Shown: positions 1 to 10,724 of the stretch, piece by piece
Layout of the letters: each line of letters starts with the position of its first letter
Numbering within the stretch: position 1 is the stretch's first letter
Origin: Mayamaea pseudoterrestris
Taxonomy: Eukaryota
Direction: 5' to 3'
NCBI GenBank assembly: GCA_027923505.1
Contig: BROI01000038.1
Location: 62,001 to 126,000 of the forward strand
Length of the DNA stretch: 64,000 nucleotides
Program-made: the position numbers and the translations under genes
Notes under the pieces: model-generated
What the model saw: only the letters and a program-made list of their open reading frames with translations
What the model was told of the DNA's origin: nothing
The model's database searches: none

Positions 1-903
1 TGCGAGCCATGTGAAGGATAATTCCTTGAGCGAGGCAATGGCGACACCTCCAATAATGGGAAGCAACGTCAGGTAGACTGGCGTTGGCAAGATCTGGTTC
101 AGAAAGGCCGCGTTCAACACGCAGGTAACGACTGGTTCGGACGCCTTGACAATGTGCGCAAAGGAAACGGCACCGGCGCCCAAGGCAATGACGGCACCAA
201 CGTGCACTCCGGTGTGGCAAAGAGCAATGGGCAGCAATGTCTTTAAATCGTTAAAGCTCAACTTGGGTGCCTTGCGAATGCCGAGAACCCAGAGTGGAAC
301 AAAGTAAAAGATACCAATCGCCATTTGAATGGTTGCCACCGTCCATGGGTAGTCTAAAACATTGAGGGATTGCTTGTTGTAAATGTTGTAAGCAATGTTA
401 AACAAGTACCAGAGCGCAAAGTAGGATGCAGTCTGGAGAGTGTCCTTCAAGCCCGAGTCCAACAGTTCCTTGTTGGTGTTCTTAATGTTCTTGTTGTTGT
501 TATTGTTTCTGGCGCCACCTGCATCAACCGAAAGAGCCAAAGCAGTCGGTGATGATAGTTTACTGATTAGAAATGGTAATGTTGGGTAGAGAGAGAGTGT
601 GAGTGACGAGAGAAATGTGACAGCGACTAGCGTTGCGAATCGCTCTCAACAGCAGAATCACAGAGTCATCGCTGACTTGACATGTGCGAGACTGGCATGC
701 AGTTATACCAGACTCTAGCAAAACCATGTATATATAACTTACTTGCTGCTATTGGGCAGAAAGGGACGCTGGACGCTCGACTGACGGTGCGTTGAAGCCG
801 TCACGCCCGTCTTGGAGGGAGACGTCGCAAAGGCCGATGCTCCGGCGACACCAACGACTGTCAGAAGCAGCAAGAATACTCGTGGCTTCATCATCGTCAT
901 CAT
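1..903 (-). CDS. Plastid triose-phosphate/phosphate translocator family protein (3' end outside window); exon 903-743, intron 742-563, exon 562-<1
   Basis: Leader MMTMMKPRVFLLLLTVVGVAGASAFAT has the diatom ASAF motif. The GTAAGT...CAG intron keeps frame. Exon 2 reads YFALWYLFNIAYNIYNKQSLNVLDYPW...AVSFAHIVKASEP, typical TPT motifs. Confidence 0.9.
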
Positions 904-1339
904 GTTGTTATTGCTGTAGTATACTAAAGCAGAAACAGTATAGTACGCACTGACTGTCACAATGAAACAAGTTGCGAATCTCTTGCTTGGATCGGAGGGC
1001 AAGAAGCCTCATCGTCGCAAAAGGCGCGGCGGTGAGAACAAACGTCAGTCGTCGAATGTCGAGGGTTAAGGTTATGCAAATTTGCGCGCGAAACTGTTCC
1101 CAGTGATGCTGCGACATGAAGTTCGACCTCCACTTGGATCGTTCGAAACCGCACAAACGAGTGATCGCGCTTGTCGATAAGCCATCACCCTGTTACACTT
1201 TCTTACAAGCTACAACATTTTCAAAGCAGAAGAAGAAAATTAAGCTTGGGTTGCGACATAAGAAGAAGGAAGTGAAGAATAGGCTCGACATCATCTCATT
1301 AGTTCACATCATTCTCATCATTAAATACGCCTTGCCATC

Positions 1340-4228
1340 ATGCGACTCGGCATTCCACCAAAAAAGTCTCGCTCCAAACAATCTGCAGCTGCCGAGCAAG
1401 ACAAGAAACCTCAGCATATTAGCAGTGCAACGATAATTGGTCAGGTGTCGCTGGATTTGACCAAGACTATTTATGAACCATTGATCAGGGAGGTCGCAGC
1501 CAAGCAAATGGAGGATTATGCGGTTCTTCTCGCGGAACATGAAGATGCTGCTGCAGTGAAGGACGAGACGAGCGACGCGGAGATTGGAGCAGACGGTTCA
1601 ACAGTAACGAATCAATCAAGCCAAATTCCCCCAGAACCTCTCTTTTCGTCAACGACAGTCTTGCATGACTTGCTCGAGACTCTTCAGGAGACATCGGATC
1701 ACTTTTTCCCTGCGACTACCTCCAAAACTAAAGTAGCAGGTGGTTACAAGGTGTATGCCAATGCCGCAAAGTTTGAGCGCATGCTGGACGAAAAGTATGG
1801 AATTCTTCGTCCATTCATTACGCAGCATCCGCAGATTGAAAGAACGATTCGATCACTGCAGCGACAATACAGTATGGGACAGTGGAGTCCGATTCGAAAC
1901 TCACCTCCACCCATTCCACGATCAACGTCAATAATCATCTTGTTCATGATGCAGCGGGGTGGAATGCAGTGGCAAGTCTTGCTGCTGACTAGTTTGTTGT
2001 TGATTGTGGGTCTTCAGCCGTGGGCGCTGGTGGGATTGGTCGCGCTTGGTCACACTTTGATCAAGCGTCGCAAGCATCGAGCCATTGGAGGTATGTCTAG
2101 CAAAATTCCACAAATTGAAGCCTACTATCATCCCTCGCAGGACAATACAGATAAGCAAGTGGTGGGGGATGCAACGAATGAACTTGATCGCCGGCAAGCA
2201 GCCTTGCTTACGCCTGTCGGATCGCCATTATCAGCCGAGCAAGTCGTTGATACCTCAAACTTTGACACCATCATACTAGGACATGGACCGGGAACACTCT
2301 TTGCTGGATCACTGCTTTCCCGAGCGGGTCGTAAGGTACTCATCCTGTCGCCCAGGACTGACGCCAGTGGCTGCCTTGAACTGGAGCAATGCACCAGCGC
2401 AAAGTACAGAAACATTCCTTTTGACGTCGAAGCCAGCAACGTGTCCAAGATTTCCAAAATGCAGCAACTACTCGCGCCGGCGCTAGCCACAAAGACAGAT
2501 TACCAGGGAGGCATACGGTTTGCGCAGATTGGTTGCGAAGCGGATGGGTATGCGTTTGAAGTACTGGATATTCCTGGAGTTGGTGCGGATCGGTCGGATC
2601 AATCCATCCCGTTTGTACTTAAAGCAGATGGAGCGCCTTCGCTCATGAATGATGCAGCCACTTCTTTGGGCGACGGGTGGCCGGACTATGACGGCGGCAC
2701 TGGCAATTCAACTGTTGGAGCGTACCTGCTGGCTTGTGAAGCGATGAATGCATCGGCAAGCGCCTATTACGTTTCGAAAATCATACCCGACAATGTAAAT
2801 TCGCTGCGAACCGACTCGCAGTTTTACGAGAGCGCCATTCGACACACGGCACCCTTTTTGAACAAATGTTTTCCTGTCAATACGCATGTTAGGTCGCTCA
2901 TGGCTGGGATTGGAATGAAAGGCGAAAACATCAAACCGAGCGCCACAAGCATGGCAGCTCATGTTTCGAACGTCTGCGCCGTGACCAGCGGGGAAGGAAT
3001 GCACTATCCTATTGGCGGGCCGCGAGCATTGGGCAAAGCATTGGCAAATGTAATCGAAAGGAGCGGTGGTCAGATTTTGACTGGAATTGTCGTGAAAGAA
3101 TTTGTTTTTGACCTAAATTCTGCCCCAGAAATGGCCGCTGACAAGGTCAAAGATGCCGAGGAAGGTCTTCCTCCGCCCCGATGCATCGGTGTCAAGCTGC
3201 AAGATGGTCGTGAGATTTGTTTTGACAATGAGCGGTATGTTGACGGATCTACAACCACGCCGGCAGTAGTGTCTTGCGTTGGATTAATCGATACATTCAT
3301 CCGACTCCTTGATGAAGATACGCGGACAAAGTACAAAGTGCCAAGGGGACTTCCTGCGCTATCGGAACGACGACCTGTGTTCAAGATACTATATGTTTTG
3401 ACTGGAACGGCAGATGAGCTCGAGCTAACTGGAGCTGATTTCTACAGGCTTCCGAATGCAGCAATTGCAAAGGACAGAGTCGATGAATCTGGTGAAATTG
3501 TGTTTGGTGAGATTGGTGGTGCGGATATTGCAAGCACTGAAACTGGAATAGCGCAGATGGCTCTTGGCGAAAGGGTGGACAAGGATAGCACATCGAATGG
3601 CGTAACTCAAAGTAAGGCACAAACGAAAGGACGACGGACAAAGTTCCAAGCAGGCGAATCTTGGTTGCATATCGCCTTTCCCTCGGCCAAGGATCCGTCT
3701 TTCGATTCGCGCCATGGCAATTTGTCAACTTGTGTCGTAACCATAGAAGCGGATGACGATTTTGTGACAGCTTTTGATACAAAGCCCAAGCTATTCTTCA
3801 TGAATAAGGAAACTGCTGCAACTCCAGCAGAAATTAAACGCCTCCTTGATCGCGTGACCAAGGATCTACTCGATACATACCCACAGGTGAAGGGGAAAAT
3901 CGAGCATGCAGAAGTTCGAGGGCCATTTCAAAGAGGCTTGAGTCACAATCCGGAACGTTACGCTGCCAAAGGTGTCCGACCCGAAACTCCTTATCCTCGA
4001 CTGTTTGTGGGAGGATCCGACTTGACCGTCGGTGAGTCATTTGCAGGCGAAGCAGTCGCTGGATGGCTAGTAGCCAATCAAGTCATTGGGTACAGTGCGG
4101 CGGATCATTTGTTTTTGCAGAAGAACCTCACAACGGACCTGGAGCGGTTTCTCGAGTCCTCATTGCTGTTAAACGAGGACGACGTTGCAGTTCCTTGTCA
4201 CCCAAGAAATACCGCAATGGCGAGCTAA
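1340..4228 (+). CDS. FAD-dependent oxidoreductase, retinol saturase/phytoene desaturase-like, with N-terminal extension and TM segment
   Basis: 962-aa ORF with Rossmann-like DTIILGHGPGTLFAGSLLSRAGRKVLIL, YPIGGPRALGKAL, IAFPSAKDP and RPETPYPRLFVGGSD, motifs resembling the RETSAT family. Confidence 0.75.
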   Translation: MRLGIPPKKSRSKQSAAAEQDKKPQHISSATIIGQVSLDLTKTIYEPLIREVAAKQMEDYAVLLAEHEDAAAVKDETSDAEIGADGSTVTNQSSQIPPEPLFSSTTVLHDLLETLQETSDHFFPATTSKTKVAGGYKVYANAAKFERMLDEKYGILRPFITQHPQIERTIRSLQRQYSMGQWSPIRNSPPPIPRSTSIIILFMMQRGGMQWQVLLLTSLLLIVGLQPWALVGLVALGHTLIKRRKHRAIGGMSSKIPQIEAYYHPSQDNTDKQVVGDATNELDRRQAALLTPVGSPLSAEQVVDTSNFDTIILGHGPGTLFAGSLLSRAGRKVLILSPRTDASGCLELEQCTSAKYRNIPFDVEASNVSKISKMQQLLAPALATKTDYQGGIRFAQIGCEADGYAFEVLDIPGVGADRSDQSIPFVLKADGAPSLMNDAATSLGDGWPDYDGGTGNSTVGAYLLACEAMNASASAYYVSKIIPDNVNSLRTDSQFYESAIRHTAPFLNKCFPVNTHVRSLMAGIGMKGENIKPSATSMAAHVSNVCAVTSGEGMHYPIGGPRALGKALANVIERSGGQILTGIVVKEFVFDLNSAPEMAADKVKDAEEGLPPPRCIGVKLQDGREICFDNERYVDGSTTTPAVVSCVGLIDTFIRLLDEDTRTKYKVPRGLPALSERRPVFKILYVLTGTADELELTGADFYRLPNAAIAKDRVDESGEIVFGEIGGADIASTETGIAQMALGERVDKDSTSNGVTQSKAQTKGRRTKFQAGESWLHIAFPSAKDPSFDSRHGNLSTCVVTIEADDDFVTAFDTKPKLFFMNKETAATPAEIKRLLDRVTKDLLDTYPQVKGKIEHAEVRGPFQRGLSHNPERYAAKGVRPETPYPRLFVGGSDLTVGESFAGEAVAGWLVANQVIGYSAADHLFLQKNLTTDLERFLESSLLLNEDDVAVPCHPRNTAMAS

Positions 4229-4416
4229 GTTAAGTGTGTCTAGGTTTTATTATTATCAAGAATTGATGTTGTGGCCTTCTACTGGACACAGATTGACTGC
4301 TTGCAGATGCGGCAGTGGCGACGGACAAGGTCGTTTGCGAAGTATAACGTTAGCGTCGATACAAGGCCTATACGACGAAGCCGATTATAAGCATTATTGA
4401 CAAGTTTATACACTAA

Positions 4417-6162
4417 CTAGTAAGCTGCATTAAAGTCGTCAACCCATCCTTGTACTTGTAAGCGGATTTCCTCCGCCAGCCGCAGTCGTGCATTAAGGGC
4501 CGTGCCTTTCACTTCCGACGACGGCTTCTTGGTCCACGCGCCAAATGCAACCTCCAATTCATCGTGCGACGTGCTTTCAATATCCGGCAGGCAGACAGTG
4601 CCACTCGCAACAATCTGATTATTGTCAGGGAGCTTAACTTCGTACTTTAACTCTGCCTCGTACTCAAAAATGTAACGCTTCTTCCCCGCAGTAAAAGCCA
4701 CACTGCCATGGCCAGTGACGGACTTGACCTCCACAATATCAATTTCAAACTTGTCGCTGGAGACCGATGTGGCTTCCAGTCGCTTCTTCAGCCGATCGGA
4801 ACACCAAGTCGTCGTATCCTTTTCCTCCCATGTGCCTGCTGCATTCCACGCCGACGTGCTAGTTCCATTGTTTGTCAACGGCGCAGAAGCTGTGGTCGTA
4901 AGTGGTTGAGTAGCATCACTAGTAACTCCGTTCCCGGCACTATTCAACCGTTTGGGAGCAATGTCGTGGTAGTGCTTGGCTGTGTCGTCCGACAGTTCGC
5001 GAGTAAAGTAACTCGTCTTGCGACCATCCTTGGTAATCTTGTAGCCTCGCATCATGGCCAGCTCCTTTTCGGTAAGTTCATCATCGTCTGAGTCGTCGTC
5101 AACAGTTGATTCCTGCGCTCGCTTCGCTTTGAGCGCCTCCTTGCGTTTTCGTACATCCTCCTTTCGCTTCTTCTCTTCCTCCTCGCGTTTTGTCTTTTCT
5201 AGCTCCTTTTGCTCCTTCTCCCACTCATCGAAGGAAATGGCCGGCTCATTTTTGGCCATGCGCTTGACACATTCGTCTTCCCATTCTTGCTTGCGCTTCT
5301 TGTACTGCTCCTGCTCCTTCATTTGTCGCTTCTGAGCAAGGTCCTTCTTCTTTCGTTCTTCCGCCTCCTTGTCTTGATATAGACTGCCCTTGCCATTGGA
5401 TAGTTTGCCAGAAAATGCCATGGCAAGAGAACGCTTCTCTTGTTCCTTTAACGCTTGCATCTCTTGCTGGAGCGATGCAAGTTCCTTGCGACAAGCAGCG
5501 TTTTTGGCATCCAACTGGAGTGCCCGCAGTAAATCCGTCTTGGCAGCATTCAAGTCCTTCACGGCTCGTTGAGCAACGGATCGCCGGTACAATGCCTTGA
5601 CGTGGTCTGGTTGCACCAACAGGGCCTTGCCTGCAATATCTATGCTCTGCTTGTACTTTTTGAGCTGAAACATGACCATGCTGAGATTCGTGTGCAAAGC
5701 AAGGTGCAACGAAACAATTTGTTCATCGACAGTCTCTTGGACACGATTTCGCGGAAGCAAGCGCTTGATCGACTGACATCCCTTTCGATAGGAACGTGCC
5801 GCAAGCTCGAGTGAGCCTTGCTTGAAGTGATCGTTGCCTTCCTCCTTGTGCGAAATGGCCGCAACCATGATTTCGTCGGCTTGCTCCTGCGTAGGAGGAT
5901 CAGGATCCGCAGGATTGTCTGCTTCAGAGTCACTCGAGTCCTTGTTGTTCAAGACTGACGCTTCAAGGGGAGGCATTTCGTCATCGTCGTCAGTATCTTT
6001 ATCACTGTCCTTGTCCAACGATCCCAAGTCATCCTGCTCTTGTTTCGATGCCTCGGCATTGCCTGGTCGAGACGGCGATTCTTTGGCAGTTTCTTCGAGA
6101 CTAATCTGCTGCAAAGACTCGACAGCATCCAAAGTCTCGCTCGCCGCAGTTTCAGTATCCAT
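4417..6162 (-). CDS. TPR-repeat Hsp90 co-chaperone fused to a C-terminal Aha1_N domain
   Basis: TPR clamp (HKEEGNDHFKQG...NLSMV...KALYRRS), a charged coiled-coil, then SAWNAAGTWEEKD...GKKRYIFEY typical of Aha1_N. First ATG is at 6162. Confidence 0.8.
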   Translation of the reverse strand: MDTETAASETLDAVESLQQISLEETAKESPSRPGNAEASKQEQDDLGSLDKDSDKDTDDDDEMPPLEASVLNNKDSSDSEADNPADPDPPTQEQADEIMVAAISHKEEGNDHFKQGSLELAARSYRKGCQSIKRLLPRNRVQETVDEQIVSLHLALHTNLSMVMFQLKKYKQSIDIAGKALLVQPDHVKALYRRSVAQRAVKDLNAAKTDLLRALQLDAKNAACRKELASLQQEMQALKEQEKRSLAMAFSGKLSNGKGSLYQDKEAEERKKKDLAQKRQMKEQEQYKKRKQEWEDECVKRMAKNEPAISFDEWEKEQKELEKTKREEEEKKRKEDVRKRKEALKAKRAQESTVDDDSDDDELTEKELAMMRGYKITKDGRKTSYFTRELSDDTAKHYHDIAPKRLNSAGNGVTSDATQPLTTTASAPLTNNGTSTSAWNAAGTWEEKDTTTWCSDRLKKRLEATSVSSDKFEIDIVEVKSVTGHGSVAFTAGKKRYIFEYEAELKYEVKLPDNNQIVASGTVCLPDIESTSHDELEVAFGAWTKKPSSEVKGTALNARLRLAEEIRLQVQGWVDDFNAAY

Positions 6163-6382
6163 GTTGAGCGTTGTTATGATAGTTGGTTTAAAAACAATCG
6201 AGATTGAGGTAAAGGAAAAAGACAATCATGATTGCGATTCATGGCGGAGAAAAACTTGCGTGCGACGTCACACGCTTGGAAGTCGCTCATTGGCTGTAGA
6301 TATGTCGTAGCGGTTATGTCACGCCGCAAGGCGCGACGGCGCGCCCAAAACGCATCCATCATCCATTGCTTGCACCAATACC

Positions 6383-7013
6383 ATGGCGGCCATTGCACTA
6401 GCCATCCTTGGCAAGAAGAACGAGCCTCTCTACCTTCGAGAATTCCAAAGCAATCATCATGACTCTGCCGTGACGGAAGAAGAATTGTTTGGTCTCGAGT
6501 CTGCAGCAGACGATCACCAGTCGGAGGCAGAGAAATGTTCCGTCAAGCAACAATTCATTCTACATGCTGCCTTGGATCGATTCGATCAAATTGTTTCAAG
6601 AGGACAATGGAGAAAACAAGGAGATGCAGGAACGGATGCCATGTTTGTAGGCTTGCTTTGTCCTGTCGAAGATATGCGAGTCTATGGTGAGTGCTTGGAG
6701 GCATGGAGTGTCTCTCGTCGTGGTCACGAACAAGCGTCTTTCTATTGAATTCAATCACCTCACCATCTCTACACTGTTAATACACGTAGGCTACATGACA
6801 ACGACGCAGATACGAATTCTATTGTCGGTCCAAGACAATCCAGATCAGCCGCAGCATGCGGTCGATCAGTCCATTCAGCGACTCTTGGCGCAGATTCACA
6901 AGTTTTACGTTGAATACACTTTAAACCCATTCACCGAGCTGAATTCTACCATACAATCGCAAAAGTTTGACAAGAATATCCAGCAGACTGTAAATGCCTT
7001 TAACAACATGTAA
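6383..7013 (+). CDS. TRAPPC2L: TRAPP subunit 2-like (sedlin family); intron 6687-6789
   Basis: AILGKKNEPLY...HAALD...GLLCPVEDMRVYG|YMTTTQI...YVEYTLNPF. A GTGAGT...TAG intron joins two ORFs in frame. Confidence 0.88.
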
Positions 7014-7134
7014 ATCTTAAATTATATTGAATTGTATGCAACGTTGCCTTGTCACGAAAGCGAATGAGCAAAGGCAAAGAGGTCACTGGAGGTTTTGATC
7101 CGCCGATACGTTCATTTGAGCAATCACCGATCAA

Positions 7135-8535
7135 TCACTCGTAGGACAATGTATCCTCTTCCACCAAGTCAAAATCTACAGTGCCACTGCTTCCTTCGAC
7201 ATTGCCAACTATAGGCTCGTCGTCCACCTCAGTTTGAACGACACTCGACGAGACGGCTCCACCATTTGCCTTGTTGGCATTCATTTCGGCAAAGGCGATT
7301 CGAACGTCAGATTCCAACTGCTCCTCCAATTGGGCATTCTGCTTCATCATTTCAATGACATTCTGCCGACCTTGCGCCAACTGATTGCCTTTGTAATTGT
7401 ACCAACTGCCTCGACGCTCGACAATCTCCAAATCCAATGCGGCATCCAATGTACAGCCGCGTCGATCAATACCAGTGCCAAAGAGAATATCCAAATTTAC
7501 AACCTTGAAGGGAGCAGCAATCTTGTTCTTGACAACCTTGACCTTGACGCGAATGCCAGAATTGTCTGGTAACACTTCCTTGCGACGAGTGTCCAGGCGA
7601 ACTGATGCGTAAAACTTGAGTGCATTGCCTCCACTGGTAACTTCGGGGCTGTCAAAGGAAGAGCGATAGATATGATTGAGCAGTTAAATGGAATGCGTCA
7701 ATGCAAGAATAAAAGAGCAAGCCCAAGCAAAACCATCACCGGCAAGAACCTACCTTCCATAAATGACTCCTACCTTGCTGCGCAATTGATTCAAAAAGAT
7801 AACCGTCGATTGACTCAATGATAAGGATCCCGTAATTTTGCGCAGTGCCTTGCTCATCAGACGAGCCTGCAATCCAATCTGTGCATCCGACATGTCGCCC
7901 TCCAGTTCGGCTCGAGGCACTAGCGCCGCCACCGAGTCGCAAACAATGACATCGACGGCCGCGCTCCGGACCAACTGATCAATAATATCAAGTGCCATTT
8001 CACCAGAATCTGGTTGCGAAACGAGCAAGTCATCAATCTTGACACCCAGGGCTTCCGCGTAGGCAGGATCAAGCGCGTGTTCGGCGTCAACAAAGGCAGC
8101 CGTTCCGCCATTGCGCTGGACTTCCGCAATCGCATGCAAGGCCAATGTCGTTTTGCCACTACTTTCTGGTCCATAAATTTCAACGACGCGTCCCTTTGGG
8201 TATCCGCGGCCACCGAGTGCAGCGTCAAGTGTTAGTGCACCGGATGGCGTGCATTCGACTTGGTACTGCGAGGCGGAACCAAGACGAACGACGGATCCTC
8301 GACCATAGGCTCGTTCAATTTGATGCAAGACGCCATCAAGAGCAGCCTTTTTGGCCGGATTCATGTTACTGTCAGTCGAGTCATCTTCGTAATCTTTGGA
8401 TTCGGGTGCTGCCGCCTTCTTTTTGGCGGCAAACGAAGTGGAAGCAAATGGACGGCTTTCCGGCAGATTACGCAGTACAAAGCTACTGCCTGACACAAAT
8501 AGCAAGGCAGTCAAGAGTAGAGCGAACGACTTCAT
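7135..8535 (-). CDS. recA: Nuclear-encoded, probably plastid-targeted RecA; intron 7753-7649
   Basis: Walker [39 protein letters not shown] and [11 protein letters not shown]. Signal peptide ends GSS-F. Confidence 0.96.
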
Positions 8536-8906
8536 GATAGTATAATAATCACGTTGCTTATGTAATCAGTAGTGAGAAAGCGACTTTGATGGATTTGCGT
8601 CGCAGCAAGAGTTTCTCATGTCGGACCACGAACCAGTGCCACACACGCCGGAGTTTGCTCTCAGCTGTTTTGATGACTCCATTGTATACTATTGCCCATT
8701 GGATGACGGTGGTCGCGTCTCGTCCATCGAATCTGTGGACCGCGCCGATCGAGGTCACCTCGAGCTGCGTGGATGACGAAGGGTGATCGCACTTGCGTTG
8801 GAGCTGCGATAATTATACACTTGCCGTCGCCTTGTTTGCAAGCCTCCTTTCTTCACATTTTTATTACTCGCAAGCAGCACTAGCCCGGTTTCTGGGAGCC
8901 TCTTTC

Positions 8907-9115
8907 ATGCCTGTACGTTGCGCGCGAGCTGTTGGAACGAATGGAACAAATAATGGAAGAGGCAGCAGCCATCACTTTTCTCGCACAGCTTTTACTGACC
9001 CTTTTTTCAACAATTCTACTGCACAATTCAGCCGGTCCTCCAAGCAGAGATCAATCCGTTTGTTCTTCCCATTGTCTTGGCTGTCGAAGGAAAGGCCAAG
9101 AGCTATCCTTCCTAG
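8907..9115 (+). promoter_or_regulatory. Spliced regulatory uORF in SAMDC leader (8907-8912 + 9032-9115): MPPVLQAEINPFVLPIVLAVEGKAKSYPS*
   Basis: Donor GTACGT at 8913, branch-like TACTGAC at 8993-8999, pyrimidine tract, and first downstream AG at 9030-9031. The spliced frame ends CCT TCC TAG, 74 nt upstream of the SAMDC ATG. Confidence 0.7.
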
Positions 9116-9189
9116 CACGAATCAAAGGGACCTTTACTCTCTATCACGTACTCCAGTACTATTCACAGCAATACTGCTGACTGTAACGA

Positions 9190-10644
9190 ATGCCACTTAT
9201 TCTACCAGATATCGCTGAATCCTCCCATGGCAGCAGCAATGGCGATGGAGGAGTCGTGATGACGACAACGCTGCGTCCGTCGTCTCCAACGACTGTCTCG
9301 CCGACTCCAGACGCTCTGCAAGATGTTGAAATTGCTTCGACTGGATCAGGAGCCTTTTCATGGGCGGATCGAGAGTATACTGGCATGTTTGAAGGACCGG
9401 AAAAGACGCTCGAGATTGTCTTTCGTCGATCGCATGATGAGCATGTCGATACAAGCATTGGAGAAGTCATTGAACAAGGAAGCACAAATGGCTGCAATGG
9501 GAATGGATTGCTTCAGGTTGCACCGCACATTGTTGATGATGGCTTGGTGCAGCGCGTCGGCTTGCGCAAACTTCAGCGAGCTGATTTGGATCTGATTTGC
9601 GGACGCGCTCGCTGCACCATTCTTTCGTGCATCTCCAATCGCTACATGGATGCATACGTCTTGTCGGAAAGTTCCTTGTTTATCTATCCCTACATGCTCG
9701 TCTTGAAGACTTGTGGGACGACAACCTTGTTGCGATGCATTGCGACGGTTGTTGAACTTGGCCGTCGCATTGGCTTGGAAATTGATTGGGTCGGTTACAG
9801 TCGCAAGAATTTCAACTTTCCTGGCGACCAAGCGTTTCCGCATCAGTCCTTTCATCAGGAGCTTGACTACTTGTATAGTCACCGCAACTTGTGCGAGCGC
9901 CTTGACGGTAATGGTTACACCCTCGGACCAGTCAATGGTGATCACTGGTTTGTCTTTGTTGCGGATCAGACAATTCGCGCCAAGGCTTTGGACCAAGACA
10001 CTGACCGGGTCTTGAACATTATGATGTTTGACATTGACGAGTCGGTGAGCAAAAAGTTCATGTACGACGAGTATGACACAAACATTGACGGTGAAAGCAA
10101 GGAAGCGGAAGTGGAGCGTATTTCGCGCGAACAGACTTGCAAGTCGGGCATTAGCAATCTATGCCCTGGTGCAGTCATTGATCCGCGTGCGTTTGAACCT
10201 TGTGGCTACTCGATGAATGCAATTCTGTTTCGGTCGTACACAACAGTGCACATTACTCCGGAATCGGGAAGTTCGTATGCTAGTTTTGAAACGAACCAAA
10301 AGGTGGCCAGCTACAAGGCATTGATCAGCAATGTTGTTCGCAACTTTCGTCCGAAGCGTTTCGTCATGACGCTCATGGCCGACGAGGGTGGTTTGAAGCA
10401 AGTCAAGGATAATCCATTGACGGATAGTGGTGTGCATGCCAAGATTGTTGTACCATCGACTGACAAGGGTGGAACACCCATGGTGTACAAGCGGTCTTCC
10501 TTGGCGTCCATCAAGATGGAAGAAGATTGCTGCTGCATGATGGGAAATTGGGTCTTGGAGAAGGCGTCATCTGTTGCGTTGGACGGAATGGCGATTGTTC
10601 AGCGTCCGCGTGGATTTTCAGTTGGCGGAGTTGGTGCTGGGTAG
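9190..10644 (+). CDS. SAMDC: S-adenosylmethionine decarboxylase proenzyme (eukaryotic type)
   Basis: FEGPEKTLEI, autocleavage site YVLSE|SSLF, LKTCGTT, FEPCGYSMN and TVHITPE...SYASFE. Confidence 0.97.
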   Translation: MPLILPDIAESSHGSSNGDGGVVMTTTLRPSSPTTVSPTPDALQDVEIASTGSGAFSWADREYTGMFEGPEKTLEIVFRRSHDEHVDTSIGEVIEQGSTNGCNGNGLLQVAPHIVDDGLVQRVGLRKLQRADLDLICGRARCTILSCISNRYMDAYVLSESSLFIYPYMLVLKTCGTTTLLRCIATVVELGRRIGLEIDWVGYSRKNFNFPGDQAFPHQSFHQELDYLYSHRNLCERLDGNGYTLGPVNGDHWFVFVADQTIRAKALDQDTDRVLNIMMFDIDESVSKKFMYDEYDTNIDGESKEAEVERISREQTCKSGISNLCPGAVIDPRAFEPCGYSMNAILFRSYTTVHITPESGSSYASFETNQKVASYKALISNVVRNFRPKRFVMTLMADEGGLKQVKDNPLTDSGVHAKIVVPSTDKGGTPMVYKRSSLASIKMEEDCCCMMGNWVLEKASSVALDGMAIVQRPRGFSVGGVGAG

Positions 10645-10724
10645 TTAATATCTGATTTGTGGACGGCAGAGAGAATTGATGGACACTTTCGTGATGCGTT
10701 ATTGAATGACTATATGCCTGACTG

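Noticed and set aside
1485..4040. Numerous short antisense or alternate-frame ORFs within long genes (here and throughout the window)
   Set aside because: These are shadow ORFs expected at roughly balanced GC content and show no independent motifs.
7135..8535. recA as bacterial contamination or recent HGT
   Set aside because: It has a spliceosomal intron and a bipartite targeting leader; organellar RecA is expected in algae.
8932..9180. 82-aa ORF as an independent gene
   Set aside because: Its ATGs lie inside the predicted leader intron and it has no recognisable domain; it matters only if the intron is retained.
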